A stretch of DNA of 61,355 nt, taken from Chlorobiota bacterium. Its GTDB lineage: Bacteria; Bacteroidota; Ignavibacteria; Kapaibacteriales; UBA2268. The position numbers and the translations under genes were made by a program. The notes beneath the pieces were generated by a model that saw nothing but the letters and a program-made list of their open reading frames with translations, was not told the DNA's origin and ran no database searches. Location: contig JBDHXE010000001.1 of the NCBI GenBank assembly GCA_039810525.1, positions 1-61,355 of the forward strand, given 5' to 3'. Below are positions 46,938-56,490 of this stretch, piece by piece. Each line of letters begins with the position of its first letter. The stretch's first letter is position 1.

Positions 46938-48224
46938 TCAATTATATAATATTACGCTATCTGTGCCACTTGGCATACTAGTAATTGTAAATGTAGTAAT
47001 TTGAGATTTGCCTTGTATAAATGGCCCAAAGCCTGCTGTCGATGTTATCTTTGGATTAATATCGCTTGATTGGCCTATTGTATAGAAATATTCTTGATCG
47101 GCATCTCCAAAAATTGTAGATGCTTCGTAATTACCTTTGTCATTCTTTTGCATAGGTAGAATTTTAGTATTAGAAAAGATATTGTCATAAGATTCAATCA
47201 ACACTAACTTTGTGGTATCTAACTGTAAATTGTTTAGGTTATTAATTTCAAATTTTAGGTTAGCGCTATCGAGTAGCCTATTGGTAATCGACAATACTTT
47301 AGAATAAATTTTATTAACTCCACTTATCCCTCCAGTCTGTTGATTATTAGATAAAGTAACTAATGCTGAGCCACCTTGAGTAGCATCACTATTTATATTG
47401 AAAATATCAATACTAGCTTGTGGATTGAACGATGTAATTACTTCGCTCGAATCAGTATTTTGATATACTGGCGATGTAGTAGCCTCTAATTTAGGGGTTC
47501 CATATATATTTAGTGTAAATTTATTAGAAGTCAAATCACTAATGGCTCCTGTACTAACATCATCATTTTCGAATGTATAATATGCAGTAAGGTCTGATGT
47601 AAGTGGCAATAGTTTGAACATATTATTTTTTATCTGGCTAATGGTACGTGCTGTGCTCCAGATTCTAATTTCGTCGTATTTCAAATTACCTATATTTTGA
47701 AATTTAGATCTCGAAGTATCTGGTATTGTTGCTATATTAGATGCATTGATGGTAAACAAACATTTGGATAAATCTTTGTATTGTGTGCTTAGATCAATAG
47801 AATATATACTAGTTCCATTGATAACGATCTGGATATTGAAGTTATTGCTTATTAAAGCTATGTGATTCCAGCCATTGAGTAATACATTATCTGAATTATA
47901 TGTTTTGTTAATATTAGCATTATTGTATGCAAAATGTATTTCGTCACCGTTTTTACCCAAACTAAGAGTAGAAGTAATAGAATTGTTGTCTATGCTATTA
48001 ATATCAAAGATATCTGAAATATTAACAGCATTCATAGGTATATCTACCCACATTTCAATTGTGAAATTCTTACTTGTAAATAATGAATTATTATTATTGT
48101 TATTTAATAAGTAGAGATATGATGGACTATCTAACTCGTAAAAGCTAAGCTGATTTTGAGTTTGGCTGTACATCAATAATGGGCATATAAACATAAAAAT
48201 GTATAATAATTTTTTCATACACAA
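46938..48224 (-). CDS. N-terminal 428-aa part of the same giant protein (signal peptide + LamG domain)
   Basis: Signal peptide MKKLLYIFMFICPLLMYSQ. LamG-like FTIEMWVDIP...GWNHIALIS...IVINGTSIY...YDEIRIWSTARTISQI. It has no T9SS tail of its own. Confidence 0.7.
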   Translation of the reverse strand: MCMKKLLYIFMFICPLLMYSQTQNQLSFYELDSPSYLYLLNNNNNNSLFTSKNFTIEMWVDIPMNAVNISDIFDINSIDNNSITSTLSLGKNGDEIHFAYNNANINKTYNSDNVLLNGWNHIALISNNFNIQIVINGTSIYSIDLSTQYKDLSKCLFTINASNIATIPDTSRSKFQNIGNLKYDEIRIWSTARTISQIKNNMFKLLPLTSDLTAYYTFENDDVSTGAISDLTSNKFTLNIYGTPKLEATTSPVYQNTDSSEVITSFNPQASIDIFNINSDATQGGSALVTLSNNQQTGGISGVNKIYSKVLSITNRLLDSANLKFEINNLNNLQLDTTKLVLIESYDNIFSNTKILPMQKNDKGNYEASTIFGDADQEYFYTIGQSSDINPKITSTAGFGPFIQGKSQITTFTITSMPSGTDSVILYN

Positions 48225-48336
48225 ATTCCAAATATTTAATATTGATAATTTAATATTTGCTAATATAACATTTTGAAAACAAAAATAAAATTATTTTTAT
48301 TATATTATGAGTTTTGTATTATATGTTTCAAATTTA

Positions 48337-50826
48337 TTATTTATTCATAGTTAAATTTATTGATTCCATAAAATTCTTAACAGCAATTATATCAAGATTA
48401 GATTTTACATCTTCATTAAAGTCTTGCAAATCTCTCAAGTTTTCGTCTGGTATAATTACTCTATTGATACCAAATCTCTTAGCAGCGAGAAGTTTTTCTT
48501 TGAGACCACCAATTGGTAGAATATCTCCACGTAGTGTAATTTCACCTGTCATAGCTACATCACCTCTAACAGGCTTTCCAGAAATAGCGGAATAAAGAGC
48601 TGTAGCCATAGTAATACCAGCTGATGGGCCATCTTTAGGAATTGCTCCTTCGGGTACATGTATATGTATTTCTTTATTTTTCGAAAAATCTTCTTTCAGC
48701 CGAAGTGCTTTGGTATTGGCTCTTAGAAAAGATAACGCTGCAATTGCAGATTCTTTCATTACATCACCCAATTTACCAGTTAAAGTTAGTTTGTCTCTAC
48801 CAGTCATAATATTAACTTCTATTTGCATTATATCGCCACCTACACTAGTCCAAGCTAGTCCATTGACTACGCCTACTTTGCTTTCTAACGTATCTTTTTT
48901 CTGTTTAAATTTCGGTGATTTCAAATATTTTTCTATTTCTAATGGGGATAAATTAATTTTCCTTTTCTTGAGTTTCTTTAAAAATTCTTTGTTATTAATT
49001 AAGAGTTGATTCGCATTTTCTAAATTATTAGATTCGTCATTGCTTTTTTCAATTGTGGGGTATTCTTTATAAAATTGCTCTACTATTTCTTTAAGAATTT
49101 TTCTTAATAAAGAAGATATTTCTCTCTCTAAATTCCTCACTCCAGATTCTCGAGTATATTCTCGAATAATTTTTAATATGGAGTCGTCTGTCAGATTAAT
49201 GTTGAAATTTGAAATACCAAGCTCTTCTTTTATTTTCGGTATAATATGTTTTTTGGCAATTTGTAATTTTTCGAGGTCAATATAACTTGTCAGTTCTATT
49301 ATTTCCATTCTATCAAGTAGAGGAAGTGGAATATCATATTTGATATTAGCAGTGGTAATAAACAGCACGTTTGATAAATCATAATCTACTTCAAGATAGT
49401 GGTCGTTGAAAGCAACATTTTGCTCTGGATCTAAAACTTCTAAAAGTGCAGATGATGGGTCCCCTCTAAAATCAGTGGACATTTTATCAATTTCATCGAG
49501 TAGCATAACTGGGTTGGTAGTCCCAGCTTTTTTCATAGATTGAATAATTTTGCCGGGCAATGCACCAATATATGTTCTACGGTGGCCTCTTATTTCTGCT
49601 TCATCTCTTACTCCACCTAATGAAAATCTTACAAATTTTCTTCCGAGTGCCTTAGCTATAGATTTGGCAAGCGAGGTTTTGCCTACACCGGGTGGTCCTA
49701 CCAGACAAATAATTTGCTTTTTAAGTTTACCTATAATATTAAGTATAGCTATAAATTCTAATATTCTTTCTTTTGGTTTTTCTAAATCGTAATGATCTTG
49801 GTCGAGTATTTTCTTTACATAGTTTATATCATAATTATCATTAGTAAAGTTGCTCCAAGGCACATTAGCCAACCATTCTATATAATTTCTATTAACTGTA
49901 AATTCAGGTGAAAGCATAGACGTTTTGCGTAGTTTATCTAATTCTTCGTTAGCTTTTTCAAGAATATTTTGTGGTAACTTTGCCTTTTCAATTAATTCTT
50001 TAATTTGAATAATCTCTTGATTAGTTTCTTCATCTTCGCCAAGTTCGTTTTGAAGGGCACGTATCTGCTCTTGTATAATGAATTTCTTTTGTGACTTTTG
50101 TAAAGATTGATTAACTTTTTGATGAATATCGCTTTCAATTTCTTTTATTTGAATTTCTTCTTTAAGAATTTTTATTATTGAGAGATATTTATCTTCTAAA
50201 AGGATTCCTTCTAATATCAATTGACGATTTTTAATGCTAGTTTTTAGATTGGCTGCAGCAAAATATAGTTTATCTAATGGATCTATAATATTATTAAACG
50301 CCATAATAGTATCGTATGGGATACTTGTTTCATTTTTTACGTATTCTTCAAATAATTTTGACATTGTTTGGTATTTTGCCAGAAATTCTTTGTTTTTCAT
50401 ATCCGCAGTATATTCATATTTAATAACTTCGGATTCGAGATAGTCCTTAATATTTTTTGTCTTTGATTTTTTAATCTTCATTTGTCCGATCTTTTCACCC
50501 TCTATTAATACTTTTAATAAATTATTGGGTAATCGTAACACTTGTACTACTCTTGCAATTGTACCTGTTTCATAGAGATCATTTAGAGTTGGTTCTTCGG
50601 TTTCTGGCGATTTTTGAGCAGTTACAAAGATATATTTATTCCTATCCATAGCAGTAGCTACTGCTTTTATGGAGGCTTGCCTACCTATTAATACTGGGTA
50701 AATCATATTAGGGAAAATTACTACGTCGCGTAGTGGTAATATAGTTAGTTCGTTAGGTATAATATCAATATTTTCCTCTTTGTTAAAAACTGACATTATA
50801 TCATCTTTAATTTTTCTTTTGGCCAT
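48337..50826 (-). CDS. lon: ATP-dependent Lon protease (endopeptidase La)
   Basis: LON N-domain, Walker A GPPGVGKTS, and the protease motif PKDGPSAGITMATAL with the catalytic Ser. 829 aa. Confidence 0.95.
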   Translation of the reverse strand: MAKRKIKDDIMSVFNKEENIDIIPNELTILPLRDVVIFPNMIYPVLIGRQASIKAVATAMDRNKYIFVTAQKSPETEEPTLNDLYETGTIARVVQVLRLPNNLLKVLIEGEKIGQMKIKKSKTKNIKDYLESEVIKYEYTADMKNKEFLAKYQTMSKLFEEYVKNETSIPYDTIMAFNNIIDPLDKLYFAAANLKTSIKNRQLILEGILLEDKYLSIIKILKEEIQIKEIESDIHQKVNQSLQKSQKKFIIQEQIRALQNELGEDEETNQEIIQIKELIEKAKLPQNILEKANEELDKLRKTSMLSPEFTVNRNYIEWLANVPWSNFTNDNYDINYVKKILDQDHYDLEKPKERILEFIAILNIIGKLKKQIICLVGPPGVGKTSLAKSIAKALGRKFVRFSLGGVRDEAEIRGHRRTYIGALPGKIIQSMKKAGTTNPVMLLDEIDKMSTDFRGDPSSALLEVLDPEQNVAFNDHYLEVDYDLSNVLFITTANIKYDIPLPLLDRMEIIELTSYIDLEKLQIAKKHIIPKIKEELGISNFNINLTDDSILKIIREYTRESGVRNLEREISSLLRKILKEIVEQFYKEYPTIEKSNDESNNLENANQLLINNKEFLKKLKKRKINLSPLEIEKYLKSPKFKQKKDTLESKVGVVNGLAWTSVGGDIMQIEVNIMTGRDKLTLTGKLGDVMKESAIAALSFLRANTKALRLKEDFSKNKEIHIHVPEGAIPKDGPSAGITMATALYSAISGKPVRGDVAMTGEITLRGDILPIGGLKEKLLAAKRFGINRVIIPDENLRDLQDFNEDVKSNLDIIAVKNFMESINLTMNK

Positions 50827-50927
50827 TATAATATTTAAAAATAAATTTGTAAATTCTCAATTGAAATTAACTAAAATGCTACAATTTTATTATTTTTGAA
50901 CTTTCAAATATTCATAGATTTAATAAA

Positions 50928-52256
50928 TTGAGCACTAAGATTAATAAATACCTGATTATTTCTATTATTTCAATTTGTCTAATTTTAATTTTGTATTTTA
51001 TTTTTGGTACTTCTCATACAGAAAGTGTCAATTCTTATAAAAATTTAGATACAAACAAAAGTGGTAATGCTATTGATAGCACAAGTGATTCTACGCATAA
51101 CTATTCTAAGGAATTTATAGAATCTGCATTAGAGCAAGATGATTCTTCTAGTAAATCTATCACTGTAAGTAATTATGAAGATTATTCTAAATATTCAGCT
51201 GAAGATGAAAACGCTGGAAAACCTAGTAGGGTTAATTATCAAGGTAGAAGAATTAATATTGCAATTACTGGTGTAGATTCAAGATTAGGGACTACTTCCA
51301 AACATGCAGATGCAAATCATATTGTATCTATAATGATAGACAGTGGTAAAATAGAGATTATATCTATTCCAAGGGATACTTATGTAGATTGCGGTTATGA
51401 TGATACTACTGGTTTAAATAAATTAACTGTATTTAGAGCATTAAAAGGTAGGAAAGAATATCTGGATGAAATAGCTAATATAGCTAAATTAGATAAAATT
51501 CATTATTATGTTGAATTTGGATTTTCGCAAGCTATTGGTTTGATTGAATTGATGGGGCATAAAAATGCTGTTTCTACTTTGAGGGTATTAAGGTCAAGGA
51601 CTGGTCTTGGTGGCGATGATTACCAAAGGGTTTATAATCAAGCTCAGTTTATTAAACTTAATATTTTAAAAAATTGGGGTTTGATAAATTCTTTCTCTGG
51701 AGATATTTTAACTAGAGCAGGATTAATGTTTGTAGAAAGTAATTTGAATAGTGAAATTATTAATGATATTAAAAAGAGCTTAAAAGAAAAGAATTTTAAT
51801 GAAAATTCTGATATTAGAATTAAAATTAGACCTCCTATACCTATTAAGTATAAGGTATTTGAATTAACTGATCCAAATGTAATAACTTCGTTGTCAAGAA
51901 AGATTGATGCTTTTAATAGTAGCCATAAGAAAGATACTTCCAAAATTCAAAATATCGCTAATTATGTAGAACGCAAATTAATTGGCGATATTAATAATGC
52001 TATCCAATCTAATTATAAGGGTAATACATTATCTAAATTGAATATTTATTTTGAGCAAAAGGCTTGGATGCAAATAGAAGATAGGTCAAAAAGAGATAGT
52101 ATCAGATATCTATTATGCCATACTTTGATAGAATATTATACTAAAAGGAAGAATATAAATAAAATTAATTATATTAATCAGTATTTAGAAATAGACAGAA
52201 ACGCTTCGAAGTTGAATAGTAATAAGCCTAATGAAGTAAGCCAAGATAATTTATGA
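50928..52256 (+). CDS. LytR-CpsA-Psr (LCP) family protein
   Basis: N-terminal TM anchor. INIAITGVDSRLGTTSKHADANHIVSIMIDSGKIEIISIPRDTYV is the LCP core motif. The start codon is TTG. Confidence 0.8.
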   Translation: MSTKINKYLIISIISICLILILYFIFGTSHTESVNSYKNLDTNKSGNAIDSTSDSTHNYSKEFIESALEQDDSSSKSITVSNYEDYSKYSAEDENAGKPSRVNYQGRRINIAITGVDSRLGTTSKHADANHIVSIMIDSGKIEIISIPRDTYVDCGYDDTTGLNKLTVFRALKGRKEYLDEIANIAKLDKIHYYVEFGFSQAIGLIELMGHKNAVSTLRVLRSRTGLGGDDYQRVYNQAQFIKLNILKNWGLINSFSGDILTRAGLMFVESNLNSEIINDIKKSLKEKNFNENSDIRIKIRPPIPIKYKVFELTDPNVITSLSRKIDAFNSSHKKDTSKIQNIANYVERKLIGDINNAIQSNYKGNTLSKLNIYFEQKAWMQIEDRSKRDSIRYLLCHTLIEYYTKRKNINKINYINQYLEIDRNASKLNSNKPNEVSQDNL

Positions 52257-52762
52257 AAGAATTAGTATTAATAAGGCATGCAAAATCAAGTAGAGATAAT
52301 ACTGAATTATCAGATTTTGAGCGTCCTTTGAACAAGCGAGGAATAGAAGTAGCTCCATTTATGGCAAACTTGTTATTACAGAGATTTGTTAATCCTGATT
52401 TGATAATCTGTAGTTCTGCAAAAAGAGCTTTACAAACAGCTGAGTTTTTTTGTAATGTGTATGATTATCCGATAGAAAATATGATGATTGATAAAGGTAT
52501 TTACGAGCGAGGAAGCAAATATATTATTAATTTACTTTCTATTATAGATAATAGTATTAGTTCTATTATTTTAATTGGACATAATCCAGATATTAGCTTC
52601 TTAAGTTCTTACTTTGGGGGAGAGCATATTGCTGAGACGCCTACTTGTGGTATGATAGGATTAAGCTTTAATATTGATTATTGGAAAGATATACCGAATT
52701 CGAATGGGGAAATTCAATTTGTTGAATTTCCAAGAAATTATTTTAAAAATGAATTGAGTTAG
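52253..52762 (+). CDS. histidine phosphatase family protein (SixA-like)
   Basis: LIRHAKS catalytic RHG-type motif, LIGHNPD, 169 aa, and a 4-nt overlap with the upstream gene. Confidence 0.7.
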   Translation: MKELVLIRHAKSSRDNTELSDFERPLNKRGIEVAPFMANLLLQRFVNPDLIICSSAKRALQTAEFFCNVYDYPIENMMIDKGIYERGSKYIINLLSIIDNSISSIILIGHNPDISFLSSYFGGEHIAETPTCGMIGLSFNIDYWKDIPNSNGEIQFVEFPRNYFKNELS

Positions 52763-52765
52763 AGA

Positions 52766-53707
52766 ATGTCAAGAGTATTAATTACAGGTGGAGCTGGTTT
52801 TTTAGGCTCTCATTTATGCGATAAATTTATTAATAATGGTTACGAAGTAATCTGTTTAGATAATTTCATAACAGGTTCAGCTCAAAATATAGCTCACCTA
52901 TTTGGTAATAAGAATTTTCATTTTGTAGAACATGATATTACTAATTATATTTTTATAGATGGCCCATTAGACTATATTTTGCATTTTGCATCTCCTGCAT
53001 CGCCAATAGATTATTTGAAACTACCTATTCAAACTCTGAAAGTTGGTTCTTTGGGTACTCACAAAGTATTGGGTTTAGCTAAAAAGAAGGGTGCAACAAT
53101 CTTGATAGCTTCTACAAGTGAAGTTTATGGCGATCCTCTAATTCACCCACAAACTGAGGACTATTGGGGTAATGTAAACCCTATTGGCTATAGAGGTGTT
53201 TATGATGAAGCCAAGAGGTTTGCTGAGGCTATGACTATGGCATATCATAGATACCATAATGTGGAAACAAGAATAGTAAGAATATTCAATACTTATGGCC
53301 CTAAAATGCGATTAGAAGATGGAAGAGCTATTCCGAATTTCATTAATCAAGCATTAAAAAATAAGCCTGTTACTGTATATGGTTCTGGCAATCAAACTCG
53401 CTCTGTTTGTTATGTAGATGATTTGACAGAGGGTATATATAGACTTTTATTATCAGATGAAATTATGCCTGTAAATATTGGCAATCCTGATGAAATAACT
53501 ATGCTAGACTTAGCTAAGGAGATTATCGAACTAACAGAATCAAAATCTGAGATTATTTTTGAAAATTTACCCTCAGATGATCCAAAAGTTAGAAGACCTG
53601 ATATCAGTAGAGCAAAGGAAATTTTGAATTGGACTCCACAAATTGATAGAAAATCTGGTTTATTAAAAACTATTATTGATTTTCGTAAGAGATTAAATAT
53701 AGATTAA
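52766..53707 (+). CDS. UDP-glucuronate decarboxylase (UDP-xylose synthase)
   Basis: [35 protein letters not shown] and [17 protein letters not shown]. Colinear with the UXS family. Confidence 0.9.
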   Translation: MSRVLITGGAGFLGSHLCDKFINNGYEVICLDNFITGSAQNIAHLFGNKNFHFVEHDITNYIFIDGPLDYILHFASPASPIDYLKLPIQTLKVGSLGTHKVLGLAKKKGATILIASTSEVYGDPLIHPQTEDYWGNVNPIGYRGVYDEAKRFAEAMTMAYHRYHNVETRIVRIFNTYGPKMRLEDGRAIPNFINQALKNKPVTVYGSGNQTRSVCYVDDLTEGIYRLLLSDEIMPVNIGNPDEITMLDLAKEIIELTESKSEIIFENLPSDDPKVRRPDISRAKEILNWTPQIDRKSGLLKTIIDFRKRLNID

Positions 53708-53717
53708 TAAAATTGTC

Positions 53718-54527
53718 TCATTGTGAATCATTATTATTTTTTTTATATACCTTATTATTTGGAAGAGTAAAGAAGATATTTAAAAAATGCTTAATGATTG
53801 AAAACATAAATAGCAAAGGAAAGAAGATTAAGAGCCATTTCTCTTCTACTGCGACTTTAAAATATAACTTAATTTCGGAAAGTCTCAATTTTATGAGATT
53901 GCCGCTTATTCCACCTTTTGTACTCATTAGACGATCTCTTGTTGCTAATTGCAAATCGAGATAATAAAATGAATATTTTTTTGCTAATCTAAGAAATAAT
54001 TCGTGATCTTCTGAATATACAAAGTTTGTATCAAATCTATCTACTATGTCTCTCTTTACGACTGCACATGAAGGTACTGCTCTATTAACTAGCAAAAGAT
54101 TAAGATAGTGAATTTTCTTTATATCTAACTTATCTTCTTTTCCTTTTACTAAGTCGAAATTATAATCTTGAACCGAATATGTGTGGGACAAAATATCAAT
54201 ATCATTCTTAGATAAAATTTTATTAATAATTTCGAGCTTTTTGCTATACCATATATCATCGGCATCTAAAAAACATATATAATCACCTTTTGCTTTATTC
54301 CAAGCAACATTCCTTGCGTAAGCTACTTTTTTATTAATTTCTAATTCAATTAATTCAATCTTATCAGATTTTATAGATTTAATAATATTGACTGAATTAT
54401 CGGTACTTTTATCATCAACTACTATTATCTCAAAATTTTGATAAGTTTGATTTAAACAGCTATTTATAGTATCTAAAATTGTATTTTCTGCATTATAACA
54501 AGGAATTAATATTGAAAAGAACAGCAT
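53718..54527 (-). CDS. family 2 glycosyltransferase
   Basis: FSILIPCYNAENTILDTINSCLNQTYQNFEIIVVDDKSTDNS...FLDADDIW. Confidence 0.8.
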   Translation of the reverse strand: MLFFSILIPCYNAENTILDTINSCLNQTYQNFEIIVVDDKSTDNSVNIIKSIKSDKIELIELEINKKVAYARNVAWNKAKGDYICFLDADDIWYSKKLEIINKILSKNDIDILSHTYSVQDYNFDLVKGKEDKLDIKKIHYLNLLLVNRAVPSCAVVKRDIVDRFDTNFVYSEDHELFLRLAKKYSFYYLDLQLATRDRLMSTKGGISGNLIKLRLSEIKLYFKVAVEEKWLLIFFPLLFMFSIIKHFLNIFFTLPNNKVYKKNNNDSQ

Positions 54528-54535
54528 TTTAAATA

Positions 54536-55828
54536 TTAAATTCCTAATCTATTAAAAATATAATCTACACTTTTGAATACTTTATCGAAGCTAAATAAGC
54601 TTTCTAATTCTTGATATGAAAAATGTTTTTTAATATCATCATCAGACCATAAGGATTCTAAAAATGGAACTTTTTCATCCCAAGTCTTCATAGCACATCT
54701 TTGTACTATCACATAAGCGTCTTGTCTTTTTAAACCCTTTTTAGCTAATTCTAGCAATACTTTTTGCGAATGTATCAATCCGTGTGTTAAATTTAAATTT
54801 TCTAGCATTCTTTCGGGATATACAACTAAGTTATCTAACAGCTTAATAGCTCTATTTAAGATATAATTTAATGATATTGTAGAATCGGGCATTATTACAC
54901 GTTCTACACTTGAATGAGATATGTCTCGCTCGTGCCAAAGGGCATTATTTTCGATTGCTGCTAAAAGATTACTTCTAATTAATCTTGCTTGCCCTGTTAT
55001 ATTTTCAGAAGCAATTGGATTACGTTTGTGAGGCATTGCTGAACTTCCTTTTTGACCTTTTGAGAAGTATTCTTCTGCTTCGCGGACTTCAGTACGTTGT
55101 AAATGTCTAATTTCAATAGCAATTTTCTCTAACATTGCAGCTGTAAGAGCCATAGCAGATACAAAATTTGCATATACATCTCTTTGTATTACCTGTGTAG
55201 ATACATTTGCAGGTTGTAAACCTAATTTTTCGCTTACATATTCCTCTACATAAGGAGATAAGTGTTCAAATGTGCCGATAGCTCCACTTATCATACCAAG
55301 TGAGCAACCCTTTATAGCTTCTTGCATTCTTGTTATATTTCTATTACATTCATCATACCAAAGAGCAAATTTTAGCCCAAAGGTCATAGTTTCAGCATGT
55401 ATACCATGACTTCTACCAATACAAGGTGTATATTTAAATTCATTTGCTCTTTTAGCTAATATTTGTTTTAATTTATCTAAATCTTTAAGCAGAATTTCAC
55501 CTGCTTGTTTTAATTGGACAGATAGACAAGTATCTAATACATCACTTGAAGTCATACCTAGGTGTATATATCTTGATGGTTCACCAACATATTCTTCTAT
55601 ATTAGTAAGAAAAGCTATTACGTCATGTTTAGTAGTTTCTTCAATTTCTAAAATTCTTTTAACATCGAAATTTGCTTTTTCTTTAATAGCATCGATGGCT
55701 TCTTGTGGTATTAGACCTAATTTTGATTGAGCTTCGCAAGCTAATATTTCTATATCGAGCCATATTTTATATTTATTTTCATCGCTCCATATTTTACCCA
55801 TTTCGGGTAAAGTATATCTTTCTACCAT
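54536..55828 (-). CDS. purB: adenylosuccinate lyase
   Basis: YTLPEMGKIWSDENKY, HLGMTSSDVLDT, and the fumarate-lyase signature GSSAMPHKRNP. Confidence 0.95.
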   Translation of the reverse strand: MVERYTLPEMGKIWSDENKYKIWLDIEILACEAQSKLGLIPQEAIDAIKEKANFDVKRILEIEETTKHDVIAFLTNIEEYVGEPSRYIHLGMTSSDVLDTCLSVQLKQAGEILLKDLDKLKQILAKRANEFKYTPCIGRSHGIHAETMTFGLKFALWYDECNRNITRMQEAIKGCSLGMISGAIGTFEHLSPYVEEYVSEKLGLQPANVSTQVIQRDVYANFVSAMALTAAMLEKIAIEIRHLQRTEVREAEEYFSKGQKGSSAMPHKRNPIASENITGQARLIRSNLLAAIENNALWHERDISHSSVERVIMPDSTISLNYILNRAIKLLDNLVVYPERMLENLNLTHGLIHSQKVLLELAKKGLKRQDAYVIVQRCAMKTWDEKVPFLESLWSDDDIKKHFSYQELESLFSFDKVFKSVDYIFNRLGI

Positions 55829-55836
55829 AATATAAA

Positions 55837-56490
55837 CTATTTATTAATTTTGTAATTTATTTCATTCAAATATAATGGTTTTATAGTATCCAAATCACTA
55901 TAATTTTGAATTTCAATATTTTTGTAGGCAAGTTTTAATTGGTGTTCGGCTAATATTTCAATATATTGTTTATATATCAAATTTTCAAATTTACTATCAT
56001 CAAAATTTCCTATTAATAGCGTATTATTATCAATATTTTTGATTAATTCATCATATTGTATTAGCTGCAAATCATTAATAATAGCCCCGCTGGCTCTATC
56101 ATACATCATATAATAATAATTGCTATTTCCTGCATTTACTAATGTTGCTATTTTCTTGATTTCTTGATTAAGTATGCTATTATCTATTGTGGAATATATT
56201 ATTTCATTGTTTGTATTGGCTATCAGTTTAATATCTTTACCAAATATCAAACCTTTGGCAAAACTCAGTCCTATTCTTAATCCTGTAAATGATCCCGGAC
56301 CATTATTGGTAGATATATGAGTTATTTGATTGAAATTAATATCTAAATTATTTAGTAATTGCTCTGTAATAACTGCTAATAACTTATCATGGACATTCAG
56401 TCCACTGATATTAATACTACCTAAAAGAGAATTATTGTGAAAAATAGCCACACTACAAAGGTTAGAACTTGTTTCAATAGCTAATATCAT
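55837..56490 (-). CDS. tsaB: tRNA t6A37 biosynthesis protein TsaB
   Basis: ILAIETSSNLCSVAI and NNGPGSFTGLRIGLSFAKGL. 217 aa. Confidence 0.85.
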   Translation of the reverse strand: MILAIETSSNLCSVAIFHNNSLLGSINISGLNVHDKLLAVITEQLLNNLDINFNQITHISTNNGPGSFTGLRIGLSFAKGLIFGKDIKLIANTNNEIIYSTIDNSILNQEIKKIATLVNAGNSNYYYMMYDRASGAIINDLQLIQYDELIKNIDNNTLLIGNFDDSKFENLIYKQYIEILAEHQLKLAYKNIEIQNYSDLDTIKPLYLNEINYKINK

